In this document: positions 15,601 to 25,328 of the stretch, piece by piece
Position numbering within the stretch: position 1 is the first letter of the stretch
Layout of the letters: every line of letters starts with the position of its first letter
IMG/VR virus record: IMGVR_UViG_3300028549_000279
Reading direction: 5' to 3' (one strand)
Length of the DNA stretch: 49,232 nucleotides
Source of the DNA: a virus
The notes under the pieces: model-generated
The model's database searches: none
Told to the model about the DNA's origin: nothing
What the model saw: the letters and a program-made list of their open reading frames with translations, nothing else
Program-made: the position numbers and the translations under genes

Positions 15601-18600
15601 CTCACCAGCATCATCTAACACGGGACGTGGAGTGAATAGCGCACGCTCATGTTCTGGAATAAGTCCAACTAATTTACGTGATTGATTCTCTTTCATGTAG
15701 TCAATAGCTCCAGAAAAACCAGCTGCAGACGATTCTTTGTGTGCAAACAGCTGTGCAAAAGTATCAAAGTCAAGTTCTTTTAACTTAGCTGGGTTGTCAC
15801 GGTATTTATAAAAGTATTCGTGCACAATATCTCCAGTAACATTTCCATATTCTTCTAGCATATCTGCGTAGATTTCACCATATCTGTTGTTCATTTCTGT
15901 AGCATTGCCCATGTATTTGAATAATGCTACATCTCCTGCAGCTGCATATGCATTCATACCAGAACCTGCACGGTTTCTAAGTGCTGCACCAAATGGAACG
16001 CCAAACAGCCAGCCTAAACTACGTGTACTTCTAACACGTTGTGACCAGAGATTGTACATTTCCATCATGTGCACACGCGTGTCAGTTGCATTTTCTGCAC
16101 GCCAGTTTAATGTTTCACCTTTTGCAAATGCTTTCATCTGCATCAGCACTTCATTAGGTGTACAGATAACACGTGGGTCATTCATAGCATTAATAAAATC
16201 TCCATGGCTGTCTAACTTAATCTGTTTAATCTCCCAGATTTGTTCTCCATGTTTATTGGTTGCTATCTCACCTTTGTGTAATACATAACCATTGTTGATA
16301 AGAGAACGATTAACACTTCTAAAATCTGGCGCAATGTTACTAGCTTCAATCATGTGTCTTAAACTCTGTGTAGGGTTATCATACAGCGCAAAGTAATCTG
16401 TAGTAGCTTCTAAGTTATTACGCACATGATGAATACCTGCACCAATGTTACTAAGTACATTATCTGTGTAGTATGGATTTACCTTTTTAAAATCTGTTGA
16501 ATCTCCAATAATACTACACATAAAGGAATCATCAAACCATCTAAATCCAGAGCCAGAGTTTATAAGCCCAAGGTCTAGGTGGGCTTCTTGTGGGAACATT
16601 TCATAAATAGCATTAACAGCATCCTGTGTAATTACGTCACCAGTAGAAAAGTAATAATCAGCAGGCATGTACTTAGAAAGTTCATCTGTTAATTTTGTGT
16701 ATGCTTTGTGTGTGCGTGCTTCTTCAACAACATGCTGATAAAATTCTGCATCACTCATGTACAAACTAGCTGTCGCACTGCGTTTATAAATAGCTTTGAT
16801 AGCGCTTAACTTATCAAAAGGAATATTAGGATTTGCATTTGCACGTACTATGGCAGCTTTATATTCTGATATACCGTCTTCTAGCATCTTCTGTATACCG
16901 TGTTGGTGGTTCAAGTACCCACTAGGCACTACGGCTTTATCATAAGTTCTAAGGAATGTGTTAAGCTCAGAGCCTCTGAGTCCAGACATATCTTTGTATA
17001 TCTTTAGTACATTATCTTCGTAGCGTACAATAAGTTCGGTCTGTTCTTTTAATTCATCCAGCTTTTTATATAACAGATTAGTCATTCTACTATCATTGAA
17101 TATCTCTGCACGTGGATTAATAATAAGAGCATTCTTACAATTACGGATAACATGTGCTGTAAAGTCTGCGTTATTTAATGATAATACATTCATGGCTACG
17201 GTCTGCTTATGATTTTTAGAGAATGAACCAACCATACGTTTGTACTCACTAAACTGTTTACTATAAGTATTATTTTGTATAGCATTGAATACAGGGTTGT
17301 CATCGTGTATAGAATAATGTTCTGCCCGTGGTGCGTAAGAAGTAATACTATCAACGAAGTCCTTGAACGGAGTGTTCACTGTAGCAAATAAAGTACCTTT
17401 GATTCGTTCTTTAGGAGATAACATTCTGTTATCTTCATACAAACTATCTAATGTGGCAAGATATCCATCGAAAGAGTGCATCTGCTCTGCAAGCGTATCT
17501 AGTAATTCCATGTCAGCTGAGAATTCATTAGCCTGCGCAACTGGGCTTGCGTACCTTGATGCAACGATTTTAGCACGTGCACCGTCATAAACTACAGTTC
17601 TGCCTTTAGCACTTAATAAATCAGTAGCTTCTTGCACAAGAGAATCTACGCTGTATATTTTTGATTGTATATCTGCATCTAAACTAGCAACTAATTTAGA
17701 TGGAATACTTCTACGTAAATCAGCGCACACTGCGTAAAGTTGTACTTTATCCATACCTGTAATGTTTAATGCTTTTAATGCAAACAATTTATCATCATTG
17801 CCTGGAGTTTTCTGTGCAAATTTTTCAAACAGTTCTAAAAATATATTTGCGTAATCATGGTAGTCTTGTTCTGGGATTACTTCTGCTAACTCTGGGTATG
17901 CTACTTCATTGTACGTACGTTCAAGGTTAACAAGTAAACGCTGTACGGCTGAGTGATTAGGAGCGTAATCTGGAGCTACCTTAGCTAAATCAAACCACGC
18001 TTTCATGTGTACCATGTTAATGTCTGTAATTAAATTATAATTGAAATCATGTCCGATATTCTCACGTATTAAATTCATACAGTTTAATCTTACAGGCTTT
18101 ATCTTGTTACCAGACTCAGCTTCAACTAATTTACGTAGCGCATATTCATCTATGAATACACCATTTAAACCATCCATAGCTTCTGTGTTTGCATGGATAG
18201 AATTTCTATATGCCATTCTTAAATTCTTTAACTGTTCCTGTGCTGTATCTAATAATCCTGTTGGGAGCACCATGCCTTGTTGTAGTATTGGGCGTGCGCT
18301 GTCCATCTCTCTAATTAAGATTCCTATTGCGCCATCAATACCGTCTTCTGGAGAGGATACTAAACCAGCAACTGCTATATCATGCAGTGTGTTCTGCCCA
18401 ACACCGTGTTCTATTGCGTGTTCCATGGTATCTCTAAGTGCTGCTACTGTTTCTTTAGGGACAACTGGGATATGGTTTTCATGTCTGATAACATTGGCTA
18501 TGTCAATCATCATTGTTTCATGTACGTCCATAACGTGTCTACGTACCAGTAACTCTAAGTATCTATCCTGGTTATTACCCATAGTAGAGTTATTAAATCC

Positions 18601-21600
18601 AATGAAACGTAACTGTTTGCCCTCTTTACCAGCTTTAGTTTTAAGTGTGTACATATAATCATCAACCATACGTAAGTATTCATCTTCATCAACACCTGCG
18701 TGTGTATTAACAACTTGATTATACTGTGCAAGTGCGTCTTCAAATGAAACACCGTACACAGATTCAGTACTACCTTTAACAGCAAAAGGAATATCTGAAT
18801 TTCTAAATGTGCTGAGTTCTCCATCGACTTTGAATGAAAGCATAAAAGGAATCGTGTGTTTGTTTGTCATGGATGCACTGTACACAACATCTATATACTT
18901 ATCATCTGCATCTTCCAGTACTTCTATGATTCCTTTTTGGTTCACATCTGCTAAGAGTTCTTCAATCTTAGCAACATTCTGTGTAGTATCAACTGTGTTA
19001 CATCCTTTGCGCCATAGTTTAACACCGTCACCGTTAGGTGTTTGCATATGGTGTGTACCCATAATAAAATCTACAGCATTATCTACGACTGTATCTGTAA
19101 TCTTATCTGCTACACGTGAAATAGCACCAGGGGAGTTATAGTTCAGTTCATTGAATGCACGGTTGATATATTTAGCATTGCCAGCAATCGCATCTAAGAA
19201 CCCTGTGATAAACACTTTATCAACACCCTTGCTATCTAGTGCAAGTACTGATTTAAAAAGTTCTGTGTGGTTAGCGTATTCACACAATTTAACATACACA
19301 GTATTTAATGCGTGCACATATTCTTTATGCTCCTCTTTACCAGCCAGTACATACCCAGCTTCCCAAAGAGTATCATAACTAACCCCTTTATAATCAAGGA
19401 GTTCTGTAGTGTACTTCTGTAAATCTGGATTGTTAATATAAGCTGCTGATTTAGATAGTTTATCTAAATCAATACGGTACAACCTACTCAGACGTTCTGT
19501 ATCTAATGAACCATCTGCTGTCAAACAATCTTCAACACCATGCTTTAATGTTTCTAATACTTTGTCTGGTGTGATAGGAACGTTAGTCTGCTGTGTAAGA
19601 TTTGTTGCAATGGTTGTACATAAGTCACGCAGGTTGTTCTGAGTAAAGTCTGGCATATCTTCAAATGTATTTACTTCATCCTTAATAGGATTATGGTAAT
19701 TTGCCAGGGCTGTGTTGATACGCTGTGTCTCTATCTTATCTAGGTATGAATTAGTAAGTGCGTGTATTTTTATGTTGGACTCAGACAACTTTCTAAATGC
19801 ATCTTCTACTAACTTTCTACGTTCAGTAGAAACAGACATATACATAGCAGAAGTAAACGTATCAAACAATGTAGTAAGATTAGCGTGCGCTTCTTTAAAT
19901 ATAGCTGCTGTTTGTTGTTTAGACATAGTATTAAAATCATCTATTATAGAGTTGTATAGTGTCTTGTATTCCCCTACCATTCTGTTATAAGATGCTTTTA
20001 ATCCAGCTCCATTACCCTCATATGTAAATGTGAGCATTCTATAAGGAACATCAGTTAACGAGGACTGTATAACTGTGTGTGCTTTATCAGTGACATCTTT
20101 AAGCTCTTTCATTTTAGAGATACGTCCATCTGCACGCAGGATAACATATTTCTTTTGTAACTGTCTAAGCCTAGCGATAGCTGCATTATCAAACGTAGTC
20201 TTGTACAGCTCAATATTCTGTGTCATAAGTTTCAGATACTCTGGGAAACTCTGTACGTGCGCAAAGCTAGTTCCTTTAGTGAGGTCTGCGCAGTATTTAT
20301 CAAGTGCAGCTATTGTATTATCAGCTGATTTACCAGAACTCATAATACTCTGAAACGCAGTAAGCTCTATATTACTCTGGCGTTTTGCAATACCAGCAAC
20401 TACACTAGAAGTGTATTCATCTAGTATTTTGTTATCTAAAAGATGTGCTACACTATTTACTTCTTTAGAAACTAATTCTGCAGCAGCACCAAGCTGTATA
20501 GTGAGCACACTTTTAGACCCTCCAATAGCAAGTTCATTGGAAAGTTTATTACTGATACGCTCTGTAACACTGCCTATAATTTTTGCATTGGCAGGATTAA
20601 CAGCTGCTACAGTTGTAACAAGGTTTCTAATTCCTCTGAGTGTATCCCTAGCTAGTATAGGTGGAACTGATACGGCAAATAACATACTGTCTATTTTATT
20701 TAACACCTTTGGAACTGTTGATAAAGATGCTATAACTTTATAACTAGTTCCTAATGAAGTAGGTAAGTTATCTGCAGCCTTTGCAGCTGCTGTAGTGAGT
20801 GCAAGTTTTTGAGATTTGTGCGCATCCATAAATTTAAGTGCACTATTTTTAGGAACACTTTCTAAATGCTTTGCATATGTGAGTGGGTTTCTTGAAACAG
20901 AACTTTTGATTCCTTGCATAGCTTTCTTTAAGAACACATCCTGCAGTTGTTCCCCTTGCACTATAGCTGCGCTTATAATTTGTTTTGCATATTTAGAGAC
21001 AGCTAACTCAGATGCATCAATACCAGCGTCTGTCCAAGTAGCTCTAAGTACATCTTCTAACTTATTAACTGCTGTAGTTTGTCCAGAAGCTGCTACTTTA
21101 ATTCCTGCATTAACCCAGGTTGCTGGGTCAAACATAATCTCTAAAGCAAGCTGTGTAACAAACCCACTAGCTCCCATAGTTTCATCGCTTCTCCAAAGCA
21201 TATCATATTCATAAGATGGAGTTGTACCATTAGCACCCCAAGCATCCATCCAAGCGTTAACACCCATTCTGTCTGCTACAGTTAATTCCCCATGATTTGT
21301 TTTCGCATCTTCATATAACTTTTTTAAATTGATGTTATTCTTTAAGTTCTCTTTAAGAACCACTTCATCATTAGCCATATTAATACCTACAGCAAAAGGC
21401 TTCACTAAGTAATTACTAATATCAAAAGTTTCTGCAAGATTTACAAATACATTATTTAACATGATACCTGCAGCAGTACCTAGTAGGTTAGTGAACGCAG
21501 GAACACGCGCAGCTATAAAAGACTCTGTGGATATAGCAACCTGTTTTTGTGTGTCTGACAGGTTATCATATTTAGGGTCTTTATATTTTTCAATGATTTC

Positions 21601-22992
21601 ATTAGAAGCAAGTTTAGTAATATCTCCAGCTTCTTCCCAGTGGTCTGTTAAATAATTATATGGCTTTACTACAGACTGTGCAAACACAGAAAGTATATCT
21701 GTGATAACATTAGTGCCATTATCAACATCAAAAGCAGACCGAGATATTTGACGCACTAAAGCATCTTTAAAAGAATTGACTTGTTCAGCACTGTACATAT
21801 CGGACATGTAAATATCATTCTCTTTAGATTTCTTTTTAGCATTCTCAAATGTAATTGCTGCATCATTAATCTGTTTAAGATACGCTTCGTTAGGTAGTAT
21901 ATTGATGTTACCATCTTGTACGCGCCCCTCATACTGATTTAGGAGCGTGCGCTCGATTTTAGAAAGTCTATCGACATTTGTTCCAGGAATATTTCCAGCC
22001 TGTGCACGAGCCTTTAGAGTCTCGTAGAAAGCATATTCATCTGCACGCATTCCTTTAGCGTTTAATCTTTTGTTAGCTTCATCATATTTGCCTAACCATT
22101 TAGAGTATGCTTCTTTGTATGTGTTTGCACTATCATCATACATACCAGACACTACCTGTCTACGAGCAACTAAGGTCTGGTATTTATCATAGTCTTCTTG
22201 CTGTAATGTAAGTCCGTCCTCAGTTTGAATAGCAGTCTTTTGAATATTATCAAGTTCTTTATCCAGAGCTTCTATCTCTGTGATATAGTTCTTTGCTTTA
22301 TCTTCAAAATAACTACTACATGTATCCATGAGAATACCATATCTGGAAGTATCATCTTTTGCATCAGCATATTCATCATCTGGTTTAGCGTATTTATACA
22401 ACGAGAAAGAGCCATCCTTATTAGGGATAGCTATAACAACCTTATCTATATTAGAAATTCCACTGAGTCTTTCCTTTCCTATCGTTGGAAATTCTGAATC
22501 AGCATACCGTGTATTCTCTGTGAGTGCATCCCCATCATCTAAAAACCAAGTCTGGAGTGTGTTGTTATTTGCTGCATCCTGTATTCGTTTCTGTGCATCT
22601 GCAGTCACAGTGTTCACTTTAAACTTTGTGTTGTTGGACATGTTTGTTGGTGGTGTGTACACAGGTGCGATGTCTGGTTTAGTTACAGGAGTGTGTGCAG
22701 GCACACCTTGTACAGTTGTTTCTTTCTTAACTTTATTAATACCATCTTCAATATCAAGACGGTCTGTAAATACTCTGTGTTCAGCTGTTTCTAAGAAAGG
22801 ATTAGACTGTACTACTTGTTTCTTGCGCAATACTTTCTGCTCAATAGGGTCTGCTTGTTTGAACTGCTTAACCTTTTTTGCTGCTTGCTCTGCTTTGTAT
22901 TTATTAGAATAAGGTAAAACAGAGATAGCGTCCTTTTTAGGGACGCTACTTTTTGTTGCAAAAAGATTTGGCGTAGTCTTTTTACCACTCAT
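12580..22992 (-). CDS. Giant virion-associated protein (3470 aa); putative internal/ejection protein, function unknown
   Basis: A single uninterrupted ORF with an AGGAGA RBS, and the last gene of the late operon. It has C-terminal tandem repeats and a basic tail. I recognised no enzymatic motif. Confidence 0.9.
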   Translation of the reverse strand: MSGKKTTPNLFATKSSVPKKDAISVLPYSNKYKAEQAAKKVKQFKQADPIEQKVLRKKQVVQSNPFLETAEHRVFTDRLDIEDGINKVKKETTVQGVPAHTPVTKPDIAPVYTPPTNMSNNTKFKVNTVTADAQKRIQDAANNNTLQTWFLDDGDALTENTRYADSEFPTIGKERLSGISNIDKVVIAIPNKDGSFSLYKYAKPDDEYADAKDDTSRYGILMDTCSSYFEDKAKNYITEIEALDKELDNIQKTAIQTEDGLTLQQEDYDKYQTLVARRQVVSGMYDDSANTYKEAYSKWLGKYDEANKRLNAKGMRADEYAFYETLKARAQAGNIPGTNVDRLSKIERTLLNQYEGRVQDGNINILPNEAYLKQINDAAITFENAKKKSKENDIYMSDMYSAEQVNSFKDALVRQISRSAFDVDNGTNVITDILSVFAQSVVKPYNYLTDHWEEAGDITKLASNEIIEKYKDPKYDNLSDTQKQVAISTESFIAARVPAFTNLLGTAAGIMLNNVFVNLAETFDISNYLVKPFAVGINMANDEVVLKENLKNNINLKKLYEDAKTNHGELTVADRMGVNAWMDAWGANGTTPSYEYDMLWRSDETMGASGFVTQLALEIMFDPATWVNAGIKVAASGQTTAVNKLEDVLRATWTDAGIDASELAVSKYAKQIISAAIVQGEQLQDVFLKKAMQGIKSSVSRNPLTYAKHLESVPKNSALKFMDAHKSQKLALTTAAAKAADNLPTSLGTSYKVIASLSTVPKVLNKIDSMLFAVSVPPILARDTLRGIRNLVTTVAAVNPANAKIIGSVTERISNKLSNELAIGGSKSVLTIQLGAAAELVSKEVNSVAHLLDNKILDEYTSSVVAGIAKRQSNIELTAFQSIMSSGKSADNTIAALDKYCADLTKGTSFAHVQSFPEYLKLMTQNIELYKTTFDNAAIARLRQLQKKYVILRADGRISKMKELKDVTDKAHTVIQSSLTDVPYRMLTFTYEGNGAGLKASYNRMVGEYKTLYNSIIDDFNTMSKQQTAAIFKEAHANLTTLFDTFTSAMYMSVSTERRKLVEDAFRKLSESNIKIHALTNSYLDKIETQRINTALANYHNPIKDEVNTFEDMPDFTQNNLRDLCTTIATNLTQQTNVPITPDKVLETLKHGVEDCLTADGSLDTERLSRLYRIDLDKLSKSAAYINNPDLQKYTTELLDYKGVSYDTLWEAGYVLAGKEEHKEYVHALNTVYVKLCEYANHTELFKSVLALDSKGVDKVFITGFLDAIAGNAKYINRAFNELNYNSPGAISRVADKITDTVVDNAVDFIMGTHHMQTPNGDGVKLWRKGCNTVDTTQNVAKIEELLADVNQKGIIEVLEDADDKYIDVVYSASMTNKHTIPFMLSFKVDGELSTFRNSDIPFAVKGSTESVYGVSFEDALAQYNQVVNTHAGVDEDEYLRMVDDYMYTLKTKAGKEGKQLRFIGFNNSTMGNNQDRYLELLVRRHVMDVHETMMIDIANVIRHENHIPVVPKETVAALRDTMEHAIEHGVGQNTLHDIAVAGLVSSPEDGIDGAIGILIREMDSARPILQQGMVLPTGLLDTAQEQLKNLRMAYRNSIHANTEAMDGLNGVFIDEYALRKLVEAESGNKIKPVRLNCMNLIRENIGHDFNYNLITDINMVHMKAWFDLAKVAPDYAPNHSAVQRLLVNLERTYNEVAYPELAEVIPEQDYHDYANIFLELFEKFAQKTPGNDDKLFALKALNITGMDKVQLYAVCADLRRSIPSKLVASLDADIQSKIYSVDSLVQEATDLLSAKGRTVVYDGARAKIVASRYASPVAQANEFSADMELLDTLAEQMHSFDGYLATLDSLYEDNRMLSPKERIKGTLFATVNTPFKDFVDSITSYAPRAEHYSIHDDNPVFNAIQNNTYSKQFSEYKRMVGSFSKNHKQTVAMNVLSLNNADFTAHVIRNCKNALIINPRAEIFNDSRMTNLLYKKLDELKEQTELIVRYEDNVLKIYKDMSGLRGSELNTFLRTYDKAVVPSGYLNHQHGIQKMLEDGISEYKAAIVRANANPNIPFDKLSAIKAIYKRSATASLYMSDAEFYQHVVEEARTHKAYTKLTDELSKYMPADYYFSTGDVITQDAVNAIYEMFPQEAHLDLGLINSGSGFRWFDDSFMCSIIGDSTDFKKVNPYYTDNVLSNIGAGIHHVRNNLEATTDYFALYDNPTQSLRHMIEASNIAPDFRSVNRSLINNGYVLHKGEIATNKHGEQIWEIKQIKLDSHGDFINAMNDPRVICTPNEVLMQMKAFAKGETLNWRAENATDTRVHMMEMYNLWSQRVRSTRSLGWLFGVPFGAALRNRAGSGMNAYAAAGDVALFKYMGNATEMNNRYGEIYADMLEEYGNVTGDIVHEYFYKYRDNPAKLKELDFDTFAQLFAHKESSAAGFSGAIDYMKENQSRKLVGLIPEHERALFTPRPVLDDAGEISHVLYEEVESAQKIYQKVFNKHAHEVKKEAAIIKEEVRKALELSKLYTTEQVEILSKLYIYYIPSNDMAMEMIQRIPLAGKALSGYLNFNKAQFSAAEDVTRTGMAMYYADKFGMSMNRANQEVIASQFDYSNRSLGMDIIETLFPFSTFKIYNTAFWMFDAPNRFNAIRTMTKYGRAAQLEYDSEELMLMNRNIALREKIASGELNYQDNKEDTEDPGFLSSVINAYTGVPSLYSENGGNIALGKNHVLKAGNTFVDALSMVQSVFMAIPELLSGQVPSIFADNIYAPISTLLQKVIPYMLMGEGADWDEVLRENYYDLFDLVPLLGGLVNLAMTHLKTGNLSVADLQAINTNPQLQNEYGYRLSESLFDVLGMVMPSVVGTVSDKQSYMDRPVGTNWYEQTDEYKKTHRYVFGISAVPSFFTKNPETYVDYYGLYTKMGYEEEEVGHILSWMFGTPRPQEYQYKDDEINAALESLVDKGYTADEAIRLIQRVWLGATNIEEVDDRIRNLAFLKKYDMLPDYIKYEDGQYAQLKAWYKAQGYTVEQMWNLMSTQNPYIDEQGDVRYLTQTQADELTSSLNTEYIEYMNGLPDWMQYEPGASTRTIAYLIGNGIVADIDQARDYITANHFYVDPKGKAVTYTDAENAAKEATSSTEFKTYYNNLPEYIKYEKGAFSRTISWLTKNGASSEEAKAMIKDGAYLTVDGRLIDCRGLKSKGVQKWGALTPEEIAEFQAYFAKLPDYIKYEKGAYKRILRHLMDKEGMSYEDAKSYMLKNYVDVDANGKLVLYSQKDIDKMKTDKDAAFKAFYDSLPDYIKFEKGAYSRTYAYLKAQGYDKATIMNMIKEGAYLSLATPSGGAKIINVKGLKKPRRVRRPNRRFVNNYKARFKKQRKPFKNKRSFGRTYSATNSRRGHKFGAQTTQKITLGYNRTRTVLGMASGLPASYRNVAHSNRKNMYREMYAKYGLSRMTIRSNAWNSYSNASITRLRRNEIKNKMKYQTRRSSF
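12997..14040 (-). repeat. Five tandem in-frame repeats of about 56-76 aa (216-228 nt) within the giant ORF
   Basis: Each unit starts LPDYIKYE(D/K)G, LPDWMQYEPG, LPEYIKYEKG or LPDYIKFEKG. This is followed by an A(Y/F)SRT..(Y/W)L...G....A..(M/Y)I segment and a D..G(K/R/D)(L/A/V) segment. It corresponds to aa 2985-3332. Confidence 0.9.
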
Positions 22993-23003
22993 AAATTTTC
23001 TCC

Positions 23004-23822
23004 TTAGCTGCTTTTTACTGCGTAACTCCCACCATAGTTTACTGTGGATTTGGAATTAGCTGCTGCATATTTCTGAGCCTCTGCTGCTGCCAATGCAGAT
23101 TGTATCTGTGCTATAGATGCTTGGTTGTTGTTGTATACTCCAGAGCCACTGCTTACTATATTACTAAACAGATTACTATCTGCTGTGTATTTGTTAGCCT
23201 GGTACCCTGCGTTATCAGTATTGATACCTTGGTTATACGCAAGTTCAGCTGTCTTTGATTGTATCTGGTCATTGTACAATTGGTGTGAAAGACTACCAAT
23301 CTGACTAGAGATTTCATTGCTGTACGCAAGTGCGTTCTTAGCATCCTCTTTAAGTTGTGCTGCGTAAGTAGAGCCAACTAATTGTTTATCTGCGGTAAAC
23401 TTATTAGCTTGTTCAGAAGCTAACTGAGAGTTTCCTAAGATTGTGGATAACTGGTTTGCAGCTTGAATCCCTTTGTTTGCTCCAGAAGCTATTGCTGATG
23501 CATTCTGCTGTCTGATTGTATCAAGTCCTGTGTCTTGTGCTGCAGCCATAGCTCTGTAGTATGAAGACTCTGCAGCAGTTTGAGAATTCATATTAGTCTG
23601 GTATGCATCTTTAGAAGCTGCTGTGTATATTTTTTCTATCTCGTCCCTGTCATAAGTGAAGTTAACACCGAGTAATGCTTCAAGGTCTGCTGCGCTACTA
23701 ATCTTAGCATCTGTTACCCCTGTGTGTGTTGGTTGTGCATAGGAATCTTTTGCGGTACCTATAGCGTTCTTTATTTCAGCCAAGATACTGGATAAGGATT
23801 GATTTTCATTTGTTAATCCCAT
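23004..23822 (-). CDS. Low-complexity A/Q/N/S-rich structural protein (272 aa), possible internal virion protein
   Basis: GGAGG RBS. It lies between the endolysin and the giant ORF and is predicted to be helical or coiled and compositionally biased. Confidence 0.65.
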   Translation of the reverse strand: MGLTNENQSLSSILAEIKNAIGTAKDSYAQPTHTGVTDAKISSAADLEALLGVNFTYDRDEIEKIYTAASKDAYQTNMNSQTAAESSYYRAMAAAQDTGLDTIRQQNASAIASGANKGIQAANQLSTILGNSQLASEQANKFTADKQLVGSTYAAQLKEDAKNALAYSNEISSQIGSLSHQLYNDQIQSKTAELAYNQGINTDNAGYQANKYTADSNLFSNIVSSGSGVYNNNQASIAQIQSALAAAEAQKYAAANSKSTVNYGGSYAVKSS

Positions 23823-23825
23823 AGG

Positions 23826-24713
23826 TTAATCCCTCCTCCCAGTTAATAGGTACTTCCACATTGTTCCTTTCGCTGTAACTTCTTCATCTGCCTTACTATA
23901 TCTTAGCACCTGGATTTGATATTTGTCAACAGCTACTGCTGTCAACTCTCCAAAATCTCTGTCTGGTACACCGTCGTACACTCCAATGTACGTTAAGTAT
24001 TTTTGCAAAGGGAGTACTAATGGGTGCTCTCTATTAATACGTGAACTAAGGGTTACAGTTTTTTTGAGTGCAGCTTCTGCTGTTTTAGTTTTAGTGATGG
24101 CACAAACATCAGATACAAATTCCTCATGACTATACTTTGTTGACACAGAAGTATAAGGAACATTCACAGAATCAAGTACTGTATTATGTGCGATAATCCC
24201 TATATGGCAGATTCGTTTAGAATTCTTAAAGAATATAACATCAGCAGCTCTACAGCTTTCAAACGTCTGTGGCGAGGAATGGTTAGATAAGAATCTATTG
24301 TAAGATGTAGGAGTGTAAGCACTCCAACCTCCAAGTAATTCTCTAGCGCGCTCAATTCCTAATGCCTGGCAGAATACAAAATCTACAAACATGTCGCACC
24401 ATGCTACACCGTTTGTGTAGGGCGCGCCTATATTCTTCTTCAACCATTCTGAGAAGTAAGTGTAGTTGTTGTACCCTGCGTTAGCGTACATATCTTCTAA
24501 CTGTTTCTTAGATTTCTTTTCGAGATAAGACACCCACTTCGCAGCTTCTGCCATAACTTTTGCAGCTTCACCAGGAAGCCAGTTAGGACGTACAATATGT
24601 GCTACGTTCTTGAATCCATAGATGTACTTCTTCTTAGCAACACAACCACCATTCGCTACGAGTGTACTACCTCCAGAGGTATTACCCTCTATTGTGTATA
24701 TCATATGTGTCAT
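23826..24713 (-). CDS. Endolysin: CHAP/NlpC-P60-like cysteine peptidase plus C-terminal PG_binding_1 domain
   Basis: GVAWCDMFVDF is the catalytic Cys context and ICHIGIIAHN the His context. LQKYLTYIGVYDGVPDRDFGELTAVAVDKYQ is a peptidoglycan-binding repeat. The gene is adjacent to the holin. Confidence 0.8.
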   Translation of the reverse strand: MTHMIYTIEGNTSGGSTLVANGGCVAKKKYIYGFKNVAHIVRPNWLPGEAAKVMAEAAKWVSYLEKKSKKQLEDMYANAGYNNYTYFSEWLKKNIGAPYTNGVAWCDMFVDFVFCQALGIERARELLGGWSAYTPTSYNRFLSNHSSPQTFESCRAADVIFFKNSKRICHIGIIAHNTVLDSVNVPYTSVSTKYSHEEFVSDVCAITKTKTAEAALKKTVTLSSRINREHPLVLPLQKYLTYIGVYDGVPDRDFGELTAVAVDKYQIQVLRYSKADEEVTAKGTMWKYLLTGRRD

Positions 24714-24724
24714 ATTATACTCCT

Positions 24725-24937
24725 TTACAGTGTTTTCTTATACTGTGCATTACTGATTCCAAGCAACACACCGAGGAAGATATCAAGAGCAGCTGCTGTG
24801 CTGACAATCTCTGCACCGTATGGCAATCCCCAAATAGTTGCGAGAGCGCCATAAAACGCACCGAAGCCTGGTAATGCATACTGCGCAACGTATACCAGAG
24901 TGTCGTATGTCTTATTAGTTAATAATAGTTTCATCAT
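24725..24937 (-). CDS. Holin (phi-LC3/Phage_holin_1-like, 70 aa)
   Basis: KTYDTLVYVAQYALPGFGAFYGALATIWGLPYG...FLGVLLGIS matches the Gram-positive phage holin pattern. It sits immediately upstream of the endolysin. Confidence 0.75.
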   Translation of the reverse strand: MMKLLLTNKTYDTLVYVAQYALPGFGAFYGALATIWGLPYGAEIVSTAAALDIFLGVLLGISNAQYKKTL

Positions 24938-25277
24938 GTTTTTCTTCCTCCGCTGGTTGATATTTTTGTAATGATTTGAGTTCTTCTACTAAGTCTGGGA
25001 TGGTGCCATTTCCGTCTAATCCCTCATATGCTTTAAATAATTTGTTAATATTATCCACTTCATAGATAGGAATCCATTTTAAATCAACAACATATTTATT
25101 ATATGCATGAATTATCTGTGCACGTAACAATGCCTGCTGCCCAATTTTCAATGCTTGGAATTCGGATGTAGTCTTCATCACCCTACATTTCATTCTGTTA
25201 AGACTATATGAGAGTGCCAGTACTACACCACTCAATACTACTTCAAATGCATGTTGGAATATAAGTTGTAAAATCAT
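24915..25277 (-). CDS. Membrane-anchored protein (120 aa), possible holin partner
   Basis: AAGGAGA RBS. It has an N-terminal hydrophobic segment (VVLSGVVLALSY) and overlaps the holin start by 23 nt. Confidence 0.5.
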   Translation of the reverse strand: MILQLIFQHAFEVVLSGVVLALSYSLNRMKCRVMKTTSEFQALKIGQQALLRAQIIHAYNKYVVDLKWIPIYEVDNINKLFKAYEGLDGNGTIPDLVEELKSLQKYQPAEEEKHDETIIN

Positions 25278-25328
25278 CGAGTAATATTCTCCTTTATTTT
25301 AGAAATTATTTAGTGATTAAACACTAAT

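Noticed and set aside
18041-18658. 205-aa plus-strand ORF, and many similar ones (15887-16288, 20816-21214, 22328-22912 and others), antisense to the giant gene
   Set aside because: They are embedded antisense in a long, well-supported CDS, lack an RBS, and encode low-complexity Ser/Cys/Ile-rich products. These are typical shadow ORFs of an AT-rich gene.
12580-22992. Giant ORF as an N4 gp50-like or crAss-like virion RNA polymerase
   Set aside because: The size and the operon position match. However, I could not find a T7-like motif B (Rx3Kx7YG) or a convincing motif C (HD). The only DGD-containing stretch (FLDDGDAL) does not fit the DxDGD pattern. I keep this only as a hypothesis for profile searches.
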